DNA of 64,000 bases from Octopus vulgaris (lineage: Eukaryota), in assembly GCA_951406725.2 (NCBI GenBank), contig OX597820.1, positions 58,776,001 to 58,840,000 of the forward strand, read 5' to 3'. The position numbers were made by a program, and so were the translations under genes. The first letter of the stretch is position 1. Each line of letters begins with the position of its first letter. The notes under the pieces are model-generated. The model was given only the letters and a program-made list of their open reading frames with translations. It was not told the DNA's origin and ran no database searches. Below, one piece after another: positions 29,945-42,898 of this stretch.

Positions 29945-30485
29945 AGCTATAATGGAAGTGACAAAGGAGCATATTTGGCCATATTTTTCTTTATGAGTTC
30001 AATAAAGGCAACAACTCAACAGAAAGTGTGAGGAACATTAATGAAGTATATGGGGATTAGACAATAAGTGTAAGCCAGTTTCAATGGTGGTTCCAGAAAT
30101 TCTGAGCCAGAAACTACAGCTTAGAAGATGAGCCCTGTCCTGGAAGATCTGTGGAGCTCAATGAAGATGTCCTGCAAACCCTGGTGGGACAAAATTCTAT
30201 CATAACTGTTGAGGAACTTGCAGAAAAAAACTAGGATTTGGTCATTCAAGTCAGTGCTAGAAGAAAAATGACCATCTTTGGTTTCAAGATGAAAGGTGCT
30301 CTTCCATCAGGATAATGCTTGGCCATATACAGTGAGAACGACACTCCAGTTGGACTGGGAAACGATGCCCCACCCACCATATTCACCAGACATTACCCCA
30401 TCTGATTATCATTTGGCATTGGTCATCAAAATTATTTGGACAGAAAAAATATGAATTCTGTAGACAAGGTCAGAACAGTACTGGG
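29945..30485 (+). mobile_element. Degenerate, internally deleted mariner transposase remnant
   Basis: N-terminal MEVTKEHI... helix-turn-helix region and a C-terminal PHPPYSPDITPSDYHL motif, with stops and frameshifts. Confidence 0.75.
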
Positions 30486-31046
30486 TTCAGCAAAAGAGAC
30501 CGATAGAATAAGTACTAGGCTTACAAAGAATAAGTCCTGGGTTCGATTTGCTCGACCAAAGGCAGTGCTCAAGCATGGCCGCAATCAAATGACTGAAACA
30601 AGTAAAAGAGTAAAAGAGTAAAAAAGTATGAATTGTGATCTTCTGGTCAGTTTTTGTAATGGATATCTGATTTGCAATTAATAATATCAAGAAAAAAATA
30701 CACTGTTTTTGGAAGAGGGATTCAAGGCATGGTAGAATGGAAGTTCTTGTACAAGTATTTTCTTTTTGTTTGAATGTTACCAGCATCATGGAATGGTGTT
30801 TAGTTTGTGTTTCATCCTTTCAGGGTCAATAAATAAGCACATGCTTCATCTTTTCGCCTTCTACCCACCTCCTCTCTATATATTTATACACACACATATG
30901 GATTGATGGATAGATAAATAGACAGATAGCTAGATATAGCTAATATGTCTTTATATATAAATAAGAGTACAAAAATGTTTATATATCTGTATGACCATGT
31001 ACACATAAATGTATGCATGTATGTGCATTTGTGTGTATGTATGCAG

Positions 31047-31090
<44 letters not shown>

Positions 31091-31119
31091 AGATATGTAG
31101 GTATGTATGATTAACTAAC

Positions 31120-31308
31120 CTTTATCCAATATTTCTGTGAATGTACCTCGAACATGTCAATTCCAAAAAGGTATGAGACTTCAATGAGATGGTCAAATGG
31201 AGGCAGTTCTAAGACACTGACTTCAGCCAAACTCAACAATTGCCCGAGATGGTTCACAAATCGCTCTTTCAGAGGGAGAACATTACTGAAGGTATGTTGG
31301 TCTAAAAC
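31120..31308 (-). CDS. Candidate internal exon (VLDQHTFSNVLPLKERFVNHLGQLL...KYWIK)
   Basis: ccttcag acceptor, aag|gttagt donor, 189 bp = 63 codons, only one open frame. Confidence 0.55.
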
Positions 31309-32884
31309 CTGAAGGTATACAACATAGTCCACAGCTACACATTGTAGGTATAGTTTAGAATAGAAAATTACCAAATATATGTTAAACTTTTATTCTTTTA
31401 TTCATGTACTGGTTTCAGTCATTCGACTACAATCTTACTTGAATGCAACTTTCAAAGGTTTTTTTTTTATTCAGTCATATCACACTAAGTACTTCTATAT
31501 ACAATAAACTCCATTGATACAGATATTAGATTTTGATCTTGGTTTTCCTAATAGGTGTGTGTGTTCTGTCTAGTGTCTGCTCCTTGTTAGTCACTCAGTG
31601 CTTAGTACATGCTGAACCAGTGATGGATTGTTTACATGGTTGTCTTAACTGTTAGTAATAGCAGCTAAATTTCCTCAAATCATTCCTTGCTTTCTGAAAT
31701 TGGGTATGCATTGGACAATGTAGTTATATATACATGCAGGCACATATGCATATGTACTCACGCATAAGGTTAGAGGTCTGGGTACCAACCTAATCACTCT
31801 CCTTACAAAAAAAAGAAACTCCTACACACATACCAACTCCTTTAACCCTACCCCTACACACATCAGCCTGTCACACTTTTGTTGGTATCCCATCTAACTC
31901 AAGTTTTTGTAGGGCAAGGGATATTATCCTTGATGAATTCTTCTCTTAATTGTCTCCCAACAACTTCATTTCATCTTTTTCTGCAGCGCTCACAAACCAT
32001 ATTTAATACTTCCTCACTCTCAGTAACAGAGAGCAATCGCTTTGTCTTTGATGAGCACAGTTAGTAGCTGATTATCTAGTTACTTATTATTCAGTGTGTA
32101 ACTGATTGGTAAGATCATCAGTAATGGATCTATAATGCTGTATACTTTGAGTAATATGGACCACATTGTGGACAAATATATGAATGACTATTTTTTTCTG
32201 ATATGGATTCTTAGATGCCAATGTAGTCTTAGCTGTACAAAAATGGCTGATTATCTCATCTGGAATACCCTGTAGCTTGGATTTGCTCAATCAAGGCCAA
32301 CATTTGATTACAGAGTAACAACTAAGTGGATATCTTACAGAACTAGAAGGAATTTCAACAAGCTTATAAAGGAGACTTTAGGTGCTAGAAATGGTAATCA
32401 AATATCCATGAAATGACATCCTAAAAAGAGAACAACATATTAAATAATTCAGTCTTAAATACTCATAAGGAGATCATAGTCTATTCTATAGACCTGCTAC
32501 AGTAACAACAATAACAACAATGACAACAACACAGAGGAATTTCATTATGCTGAAAACACTAAAGTTAAAGCATAAGATCACCAGAACACATGCATCGATG
32601 TCGCGTTATGAAGTTTGCTTTGCAACCATGTAGTTTTGAGTTCAGTCTCAACATGTGACCCTTTGGACAAATGTCTTTTATTATAATCTCAGACCAATCA
32701 ATGCCATGTGAGTGAATTCAGTTGATGAAAACTATGTGGAAGCCAGTTAAAAAAAAGTACTTGAAATATATATATGTGTGTGTGTGTGTGTATAGTTAAT
32801 CCAAACATGAAAACACAACAACACGAGGACGTGGAAATAGTATAGTGTTATTGGACGCTCAGGAAAGGAAAGAAAGAAGGAGGA

Positions 32885-32920
32885 TTTAACGTTTCGAGCG
32901 GAGCTCTTCGTCAGAAACAT
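32885..32920 (-). ncRNA. Minimal type I hammerhead ribozyme motif in a short Penelope-like repeat
   Basis: Minus strand reads GTTT-CTGACGA-AGAGC-TCC-GCTC-GAAACGTT-AAAT. Relatives at 17606-17642, 21055-21092 and 39056-39094. Confidence 0.55.
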
Positions 32921-33804
32921 AGGAAAAGGAAAGATCCAAGGAAGGGAAGAGGGAGGGAAAAAAATCGCCAACGGTACACACGCGGTCACATACACACACA
33001 CACATTTTCGGTCATTTGTTTATTTAAAAAAAAATTGTCACTTTAAAAATTAGAGATTAAGTAATTAAATATCATTATGATATATATTATATACAGTTAT
33101 TGTACAGTTATATATATATATATATTTATTTATATACACATATATACATACATACATGCATACATACATACCTATATACATACATACATACATACATACA
33201 TACATACATACATACATACATACATACACATAAGCGCATAAGTATGTGTGTGTGAGTGTGAGCAAGTATGTTTGTGTTAATCTCTCACTGTTTTGATTTG
33301 TTTATATTCCCATAACTTAGCAGTGCAATAAAAAGATAGTGATAGAAGGAGTATCAGACTTAAAATTAGTACAGGGATTGAGTTGATTATCTAAACTCTT
33401 CAAAATATTGTCCCAGCATGACTGCCTTCTAATTACTGCATCAAGTAAGAGAATGAACGAATAATTCTCAAGAGACTATGTCCAGCGAATGAAGCATTTT
33501 GTATGTATAGTTAAGTAGGGGCTAACATACTAAATCTTTTGAGTGAAAAACATAAATGATTAAGAAAATTATTGTCATAACGAAGAGAAAAATTGTTAAT
33601 GCTAATGATAATTTTTGTGAAGAAATGCAAGGGAGACAATTTTGATATTCATAAAAAATGTGGACATTTTGGATTTGATTGAATTTCTTACCTGAAATTT
33701 GAATAGGCTTGCCTTACTCTAAAGAGTAGCAACAACATCCAGCATCAACATCATTGACTGCCGTCATCACGTTAGTCGTCAACACATTCCTGGAAGAATC
33801 ATAC

Positions 33805-33921
33805 CTCAGTGGTGGATCATAATAAAAATAACAAGAACACTCAGAGAGTGCAAACCTCCACCAAAGCAACACCAACGTCCTCTCAGCGATTAGCCAGAGA
33901 TGATTTTTAAAATGAGAATAT
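33805..33921 (-). CDS. Candidate exon (YSHFKNHLWLIAERTLVLLWWRF...DPPL)
   Basis: tttatttcag acceptor, ag|gtatga donor, open frame. Boundaries are ambiguous (alternative donor at ~33691). Confidence 0.35.
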
Positions 33922-33984
33922 CTGAAATAAACTTGACTGTTCTCACAAACGAGAATACTAAAAATGAACCCGATCGCTCTCAAA

Positions 33985-34203
33985 AATGAAGTTAAAAAAC
34001 AGGAAAAATAATCCAGAATCCTTGTCCGGTACTGGATCGATCTCCAAATCTAATGTTTGTGCCAGTCACGAGGCCAAACATCCCTGAAAGTTTCATCCAA
34101 ATCCATCCAGCGGTTCTTGAGATATCTTTTCTACGAACAAACAAAGAAACAAACAAACAAATACGACTGAAAACAATACCTAAGTGAAGGCGGGGGTAAT
34201 AAT
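33985..34203 (+). mobile_element. Helentron-associated (HINE/DINE-1-like) 3' end fragment
   Basis: gaaagtttcatccaaatccatccagcggttcttgagat core, (ACAA)n microsatellite, then gaaaacaatacc...ggtaataa terminus. Confidence 0.55.
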
Positions 34204-34577
34204 GATCATCATCACTGTTATCGCTAATGTTACTACCATCACCGTATCTTTCCGCTTTGACCGGCAGATTTTTAAAATAATTTCTTTGTAACTAAACACT
34301 TTTAAATTTCGTATACTGGTAGAATGTGTTACATAAAACATCTTTTTCTCTCGACTTTCTTGAGAAAATTCTGTAGTTTGTAAGCTATTTGTTGTTTAAT
34401 TTCTTGCATTTCTGCAATTTCAACCAATCAATGAAAGGCAAAGTCGACCTCGGCGGAATTTGAACTCAGAACGTAACGGCAGACGAAATATCGCTAAGTA
34501 TTTTGCCCGGCGTGCTAATGTTTCTATCAGCTCACCGTCTTACCAAACAAAGAATACCATTCCATGAATATTATTAC

Positions 34578-34678
34578 CATTTTTTGACCATTATTTCCCT
34601 AATTTGGTCAATGGTATCCTCATTTTCCAGATTACCATCATCCTTTAGCGTTACATCATCATGTACAACTACTTTTGA
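34578..34678 (-). CDS. Candidate exon (SKVVVHDDVTLKDDGNLENEDTIDQIREIMVKK)
   Basis: caacag acceptor, tg|gtaata donor, protein-like acidic open frame. Confidence 0.35.
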
Positions 34679-35051
34679 CTGTTGCCATCATAGGGTAAAA
34701 CCCACAGCTTATGGAAGATGAGGATGATGTGCGTCAGCGACAGTTAGTCAATAGGAGAGTTCATTGAAAATATGAATTAGTGTGAGGAGTGTGAGGAGTG
34801 GAGAATTTAATGTTTTAAACCATTATCCTTTATCTACGAAGAAGAAAAAAGAGAAAGTGTGTGTGTGAGAGAGCGTCAAAGAGTGTGTATATGTGTGTAT
34901 GTGAGAGAGACAGAGAGGGAGAGAAAGATAAAAAGGGAGAGAGAGAAAGAGTAAGAGAGAGAGAGAGAGAAAAAGAATGGGAGAGAGAGAGAATGAAAGA
35001 GAGAAAGAGAGAGAGAGAGAGAAAGAAAGAAAGAAAGGGAGAGAGAAAGAA

Positions 35052-35133
<82 letters not shown>

Positions 35134-35785
35134 GGTATGAAAAGGTCAGAAGTTCAAGGTATCAGGTGTACAAGGAAGTGGATGATAAGAATGGGAGAAA
35201 GGAGGTAGAAAAAGCCAATGTCTCAAGCAAGACAAAAGACAAACAAACACCGCCAAAACAATGGAGTTCAGGTAAATATTGGTGGAATAGTATTACCTCA
35301 ACTTGATCAGTCATCTCTTGATTAATTCATAAACCATTTACTATTATCCCTGTTACTTGATATACATTAGTGACCAGTCTGTCTGATTTTGTTTTCATAT
35401 ATAATGTCGCTGGACGGCGGCGAGCTGGCAGAAACGTTAGCATGCCGGGCGAAATGCTTAGCGGTATTTCGTCTGCCGCTACGTTCTGAGTTCAAATCCC
35501 GCCGAGGTTGACTTTGCCTTTCATCCTTTCGGGGTCGATAAATTAAGTACCAGTTGCGTACTCGGGTCAATCAAATCGACTGCCCCACATCCTCAAAATT
35601 TTGGGCCTTGTGCCAAGAGGAGAAAAGACATATTGTTGCTGGGCATACATTTTTATATTTCATTTTTAAAAGATGGTAGGGATAGGATTTTAGAAGGATT
35701 TGGCAGTTATTTCTTCGAAGTCAGTGTGGTTATGTATGGTTCTTTGGTGTAACATTCACATACTAAATAAGTGAAGTAGACTTAC

Positions 35786-35894
35786 CTGTAAGATTCCATG
35801 GCAATAGCATGTTTCTGTAATACTATATTTACTATGACAGACTGGGGGTACAACAAACCAATTTTGGCAGCAAAGAATGTCATGTGAAGAGAGC
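35786..35894 (-). CDS. Candidate exon, frame unresolved
   Basis: Strong tattttcag acceptor and cag|gtaagt donor; two frames are open. Confidence 0.45.
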
Positions 35895-36823
35895 CTGAAA
35901 ATAGACATACTGCAAAATCATTGTTGTTGCTGTTCAAACCTAGGCTCTGACTGAACTAACCAAAGGCATTCTGTCTTTGGCAAAATTTCTACTTCGTTTT
36001 GGTTATAGTGTACCTGGGACGTTGTTATCCAATGTGTCCTTCTCTTTTGAAGACAGCCAAGAGTTTTGGTTGCAATTTTGAGTCATAATTCTATAAAGGG
36101 TCTCTTTTTGCCTCACAACCATTTAGACTTACTCATCGGCTAGTAGTCACTTAGTGGCTCCCTCGTTGGTTGGATTGTAAACAAACTTGGAAGTGATGAG
36201 GCAATGAGTTGTGATGTCAGTAGTGTTATGTCCAAACACTGTGAGTATTGGATTCATCGAACAATTAAAACAAGATCACCATAAATTCCGATATAAACGA
36301 AATCTACTTCATCAGAAACGTATTTGTTGAAAATTTTATTAAAATATATCCTCTTTTCTGGAAGTTATGAGGAATCAAAGTCGAGAGGACACACTTGTAT
36401 ACGTATGCAAAAATTACTTTTGAGCCTCATTTGATCCTTGCTTTTTCTAGAATACTAAACGACCACGTAGAGAAAGGGCTACCTTTAAGTTTATTTAAAA
36501 TGGAGAGCTTAGGACTGCTACAAAAAATTATGATAGAAATACATGTTCAATAATTAATACAAATTGTACTCCTCTTTCTACGAAGATTTCTATTGGATAA
36601 TTTTTGGGAAGGTATTCAGCAATCCTTAAAAGGATCCCCCCGCAACATTATTGTAATATGCACATTTAAAACAAAGAAATAACGTCAAGATGCCTGAAAT
36701 ATCCGCCCCCAATTTTTTTCACATTAAATTCCAATATAATCGTAATGTAACCATATGAAAATTTCATCAAGATATATCCATTATTCTAAAAGTCAGAATT
36801 TGATGTGAAAAGAAAAAAAGATG

Positions 36824-36981
36824 AGGAGTGGGTATGTGGTAAATAGCTTACTTACCAACCACATGGTTCCGGGTTCAGTCCCACTGCGTGGCACCGTGGG
36901 CAAGTGTCTTCTACTGTAGCCTTGGGCCGACCAAAGCTTTGTGAGTGGATTTGGTAGACGGAAACTGAAAGAAGCTCGTCG

Positions 36982-37024
<43 letters not shown>

Positions 37025-37215
37025 TTGTCCCCCCCAACATCGCTTGACAACCAATGCTGGTGTGTTTACGTCCCCGTAACTTCGCGGTTCGGCAAAAGAG
37101 ACAAGGCTTAAAAAGAATACGTCCTGGGGTCGATTTGCTCAACTAAAGGCGGTGCTCCAGCGTGGCCACAGTCAAATGACTAAAACAGGTAAAAGAGTAA
37201 AAGGAGTAAAGGGAG
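36824..37215 (+). mobile_element. SINE family B, full length, inserted in an older repeat array
   Basis: Near identical to 28478-28890. Confidence 0.85.
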
Positions 37216-38107
37216 AGTATGTACACATACTGACATACGTCACAATTTTCTTTTCGAAATTTCAAGATTTATTTTGTGGATATATGTGATGTGTATTAGT
37301 ATGTACGTGTTCGAGCCCATCAATTTTCTTTTATATATAAAATTCCGACATAATCGCAATCTACACACTCTGAAAGGTATTTGTTGAAAATTTCATTAAA
37401 AGATACCCATTTTCTGAAAGTTATAAGGAAACGAAGTTGACTCGCGCGAATTTTCCGAAATTCCTCTCCCCACTCACAGAAAAATATTTTACACAACAAA
37501 CTATGACATAATCTGAATCTACACCATATGAAGCGTATTTGTAGAAAATTTCATTAAAAGATATCTATTTTTCTAAAAGTTATGTGGAAACAAAGTTAGG
37601 GGGACACACTTGTGTAGGTATACCATAATTTTTTTCACGATAATCGTGATCTACATTATCAAAAAAACACGAGGAAACAAAGTCGAAATGCCTGAGATAT
37701 CCGTCCACTAACAATTTCTTTCTTTTTTTTTTTTGCACATTAAATTCTGGCTTAACCGCAATTTACACCACATAAAAGGTATTTATAGAAAATTTTCTTA
37801 AAAACATCTACTTTTCTGAAAGTCATGAGAAAAAAAAGTTGAGGCAAATGAATTATCTGCAACTCCCCTTCTCTGAAAAAACTTTTGGCAATAAATTCCG
37901 ATACAATCGTATTCTACATCTGAAATGTAGATTAGCTATTTTGACCCGTGCTTCGTTTTCCCATATTCCTCACCATGGCAACAAAACGGTAGCCCCGAGC
38001 GACTTGAAACCCTCGAATTAATATTATATAATATTTTACTATAAAATTGGATTTATTCCTAAATCTGATTTTTCCCTGTAATTTTGGATTTATTCCCTAA
38101 TATTTGT

Positions 38108-38241
<134 letters not shown>

Positions 38242-38244
38242 AAA

Positions 38245-38882
38245 CTTAGATAAAACTTAGATATGTTTCGACCAGAGATTGGTCCAGGCCATGTCTAACC
38301 TAATAGCACCACCTGATAGGATTATTCGAATCCTGTTTAAGTCAAGTTTTGTTCAAGTAGTGAGTTCTTGTTGGGTGAGTTGTATCCAGTTTTGTTCAAG
38401 TAGTGAGTTCTTGTTGGGTGAGTTGTATCCAATTATGGGTGGCTTGTCTGGTATTCTTTGAAGGAATCTATCCAGACTCTGTTTGAAGTTGATGGGATCC
38501 TTTTCCTCTTTGATCTCCCTCGGGACAATGTTAAATAGGGCAGGGCCTGTTGAGGAAAAGAAATTATGTTGCAGTGTACATGTATGTTGTGATCTTGAAT
38601 TTGGCAGGGGACGTATAGCCCGTGGTCCAAGTCTCGGATGAACCTTGAAGCTAATGTTTAGGTCGTTTGGGCAAAGTTGGCGGTATATTTTCCACATCGT
38701 ACAAATGATGTACCGCTCACGGCGACGCTGGAGGGAGTAAAGTTTCAAGGCTTTAAGGCGATCCCAATAGTCGAGAGCAGCCATGCCTTCAATTTGTTTA
38801 GTGAGAGCCCTCTGGGGTGACTCAATTCTGGAGATGTTTTGTCTTGTGTGAGGAGACCACAGTGGGCAGCAGTATTCAAGGT
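38245..38882 (-). mobile_element. 3' fragment of another CR1/L2-group LINE, in (TA)n
   Basis: LDYWDRLKALKLYSLQRRRERY matches the ORF2 C-terminus of LINE-a and LINE-b. Contains a ~43-bp tandem duplication at 38348-38431. Confidence 0.85.
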
Positions 38883-38902
38883 GTATATATATATATATAT
38901 AT

Positions 38903-38968
<66 letters not shown>

Positions 38969-39101
38969 AGAATTCACACACAAAAAGCAAAAGACAAAGA
39001 CAGGTAGTGTAGACAACAAACAGCTGTATTAGTTTAACGCTCGGGAAATGAAAAAGTCTTTAACGTTTCGAGCCTACCCTCTTCTACAGAAAGGAACACA
39101 G

Positions 39102-39182
<81 letters not shown>

Positions 39183-39624
39183 GATAGATTGTTTAAGTAT
39201 ATGAGAAAAAGAGAGAGGGAGAGAGAGAGAAAAAGAAAGGGAGAGAGAGAGAGAGAAAGAAAGGGAGAGAGAAAGAAAGAAAGGGAGAGAGAGATGAACG
39301 CTACTTCCTTCTATCTGCGTGCAGCATACTTGCTCTATTATTCACTTACGCACTTAACTCTGCCTATCCTTCTCTGTTCCTATACTTTTCCTCTTTCCCT
39401 TCTTTTGTGTCCCTTAATTTTTTCTTCCCCTCTGTCCCTTTCCATGTACACTAAAATGCATCTACACCTCTTTTTATGTGCATTTTGTTTTATTGCTCGG
39501 TAACTTTTATTCCCAACAATTTTACCTAAATGAATGTCAGCTAGTGAACGATTAAATGTTTAATGTTTCATGTTAAACTCTTAAAACTCGGTTTTGGCAA
39601 AAATATGTAATACCTATATTGTTG

Positions 39625-39871
39625 TTGTTGACCCCCTTCGGTCACGACATTGACCATGGGATTGCACCTAGAAAGTTACCCTCCTAGTCACAAGTCTGGG
39701 CAAGGTGGTTTATGGAAGACCAGCAGTCGCCCAGGCATACCAGCCCCCTCTGCACGCCACCGATGTTATCCAAGTGAAAGGCAACGGCCGATACAGCTTG
39801 GCACCAGTGACGTCGAGACTCATTTCTACAGCTGAGTAAACTGGAGCAACGTGAAATAAAGTGTCTTGCTC

Positions 39872-39872
<1 letters not shown>
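39625..39872 (-). mobile_element. SINE or short retroposon fragment with (AAC)n tail
   Basis: GC-richer repeat-like segment beginning tgagcaagacacttt on the minus strand and ending in a short caacaacaa tail. Confidence 0.45.
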
Positions 39873-39948
<76 letters not shown>

Positions 39949-40414
39949 AAGAATAAATGTCCTAAGTTCCTCTCATCTGTCCTCTTTGTTGCAATTGAAC
40001 TCAAAACGCATAACTACGCCATTTGTCACCAACCAACCAGCCAGCCAGCCAGCCAGCAAGCCAGCCAGCCAGCCAGCAAGCAAGCGCACACACACACACA
40101 CACCTACCAACCAACCAACCGGACCGATCGACAAACGACGTCACAACATGACAGCTTCAATACCCACCTCACCGCTACCATCCCACCACTAACGACCGTG
40201 TAATGTTGTTATAAGTTTCTCTATAACCTAGTCTTTTAAATAAACATTTCAGTTATATTGGAAAGTAGTATGTGTATGTATGTATGTATGTATGTATGTA
40301 TGTATGTATGTATGTATGTATGTATGTATGTATGCAAGCATGCCGGCGGCGGCGGCGGCAGCAACAACAACAACACCAGCAGATACAAAGACAGCGCCGA
40401 CAACACACGCTCAT

Positions 40415-40725
40415 AGAGATACATTGGATGTTCAGGAAAGTCTTTCAAGTAACGTCTCTCCAATCACAGGTCCTCCTTCAGAGTTCAGGAAAGGAGATAC
40501 GTAACATCACTGGCCAGTCACGTCTGACAGCTAAGAGACGATGGGATTCCACACTTGATCTCATGGAAAATCCTCCAGAACCTAGGTCCCTACATCAACG
40601 GAACAAAACGTTGCAAGTTATGCATAGCTGAACGGGCAAGAATTATAAAGGACTCACTCGAACAAGGGAACATTCTTAATTCCAGAACAGAAATTTTCGA
40701 GCCATGTTTACATTTCAGGACCTAG
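40415..40725 (+). pseudogene. Penelope-like element GIY-YIG endonuclease C-terminal remnant
   Basis: Manual translation: RYIGCSGKSFK*RLSNHRSSF...TSLASHV*QL...WKIL...PYINGTKRCKLC...LNSRTEIFEPCLH, with two in-frame stops. Confidence 0.85.
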
Positions 40726-40866
40726 CTTTTTGGAGCCCACAAGATGGCGGCACAGTCGGAAGTCGATAGCCGATAGCAAAGGGATATAATTCCCAATTGT
40801 TATCTTTGAGTAGTGAGGCATTTCCTCCTTTCCTCCTTCATATTTTCAAGAGGTCTTGGGCAAATA

Positions 40867-40940
40867 GGTTTTGGGATCTGACGATAGGCCATAAAGCTAA
40901 ACCCTTTATGGACAGGAAACCTAAGGTAATCTCATAAACC
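40867..40940 (+). ncRNA. Type I hammerhead ribozyme (Penelope-associated), slightly degenerate
   Basis: Stem I GGTTTTGGGAT/ATCTCATAAACC; CTGACGA at 40878-40884; stem II CCATAAAG/CTTTATGG; GAAA at 40916-40919; stem III ACC-TAA-GGT; cleavage triplet GUA ending at 40928. Confidence 0.75.
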
Positions 40941-41094
40941 AGCCTTCCCCATTTATACTATATACGTCTCTGCATCTTATAGTGTGCTTCTTCTTTCGGA
41001 TTTATGTTTTTTACAGACGGTATATATGTTTCTATTAGAACATACATACATACATACATACATACATACATACATACATACATACATGCATGCA

Positions 41095-41132
<38 letters not shown>

Positions 41133-41819
41133 CATGAAGTTTTAAGAATATTTATTCAACGTTACGTTGAAAAATACCATACCTCGACAGGCAGGTTATA
41201 ACATCTGAGAGCATGCGAAAGAAAGTTAGATGTGGTAGAATTTTTTTTGCCTAGTTTGGCGTACACAAATTGTTAGCAGTAATCCACAGATAGCGATAGA
41301 TGATGTTGTAAGAGAACAGAATTAGAGCTAGTGAAAGTTGTAGGTTTGTGGGACGTTGTCTCACAGTTGCTGACAGTAAATTTCATTTCTCTCACTGACC
41401 ATTGTCTTTAGTAGCTGCATTCCTTGTGATCATGATTCTAGCAGTCCGTTCCCTAACTAATTGAGTCGTTACGAGCCGCCTCGCTCAATTGTTGCTAAGT
41501 GACTACTTGGTTGAGTCGTCACCAACTAATTTTTGTTTGGAGTGTTCTTGCTTTTATAACTAACCGGAAGGATAAATATATCATTGAGAACAATAGATTT
41601 ATTTGGTGGTCTCATCTCTATTCTAGCTTTTGGTGAAGTAGAAGAGGTTAGAAAGGGTCAAGTGGTGAAGACATTATTTCGGCCTAGCTAAAGGCATCTG
41701 GAAAATGCAAAACTGCAGTCATAGAAAAACCTTTGTTTCGCTATGGTAAAAGTTCTGTTCTGGTGTTTATTTAAATTTGGCTATGGTGGATCGAATCCAC
41801 TTCACGCTTGCAAGATCCA

Positions 41820-41861
<42 letters not shown>

Positions 41862-41892
41862 ACACACTCATATATATAAATATTACTGTGTA

Positions 41893-42178
41893 AATTATAG
41901 GGGTAAACAATTTAGAATAATTTATTACCAGTGGTTCGCATGCGTAATAAAAGTCATAAGACAACATGTTTTCATAAATAAGAGTTTAGAAAGATTTATA
42001 CACAGAAAGAAGACCCTTGACAGGACTCCTTACATGCTAAAAAATAGTTCTAAAGTGTCTCCTCTCTGTGTATAATTTTTTATACACCCTTACGTATGAA
42101 AATATGTTGTCTTATGACTTTTATTACGCATGCAAACCACTGGTGATAAATAATTCTAAATTTTTTACCCCTATAATT
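41893..42178. repeat. Inverted repeat with ~120-bp arms (MITE or Penelope-end-like)
   Basis: aattataggggtaaa...ttatacacaga versus tctgtgtataa...tttacccctataatt. Confidence 0.85.
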
Positions 42179-42227
42179 CAAGCAGTAAAAGTTTCCTAAT
42201 TATAAGGCCATATAGTATGCAGTTTAA

Positions 42228-42898
42228 ATTTTAAAGCAAATTGTGACAGGTGATGAGAAAGTATTATCTATCGAAATGTTCAGAGAAAGTGATCCTGGAG
42301 TAAGCGACATGAGCCACCCTTAGCCACCCCAAAAGCGGGTGTTCACCCTAAAAAGGTCTTACTTTGTGTCTTGATGGATTGGAAAGGAATTTTGTACTAT
42401 GAGCTTCTCCCAAATAACCAGACTATTAATTCTGAGAAATACTGCACACAACTGGATGAGTTAAAAGCAGCAATTCAAGAGAAACGTCCAGAATTGGCCA
42501 ACAGGAAGGGTGTTGTTTTTCAAAATGATAATGCAAAACCGCACGTTTATTTGGGAACCAGACAAAAATTGCTGCAACTCGGCTGAGATGTGTTACCCCA
42601 CCCTCCATATTTACCAGATATTGCTCTCTGGGATTTCCACTTATTCAGGTCTCTGCAGAATAGTCTTAATGTTAAAAATTTCAATTCCTAGGATTTTCTA
42701 AAAAGATACCTTGATGAATTCTTTGCCATGAAACCACCTCAATTCTGGGAAGAGGGTATTTTCAAGTTAAAGGAAAGACGGAGACGCATTGTGCAACAAA
42801 ATGGTTCATATCTGATTGATTAAAAATGTAATGGCAAGTATTTATTGACCTTTTTCTTTCCTTTAAAAATCGGCACGAACTTTCTGGACAACCCAATA
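42228..42898 (+). mobile_element. mariner (DD34D-type) 3' half with right TIR, degenerate
   Basis: IVTGDEK, FQNDNAKPH and PHPPYLPDIALWDFHLF motifs; ends cggcacgaactttctggacaacccaaTA. Confidence 0.88.

Noticed and set aside
31900-32290. Host exon at 32087-32290
   Set aside because: The frame runs into tandem stops without a convincing donor, and nearby sequence has stop-ridden frames suggestive of an old TE remnant.
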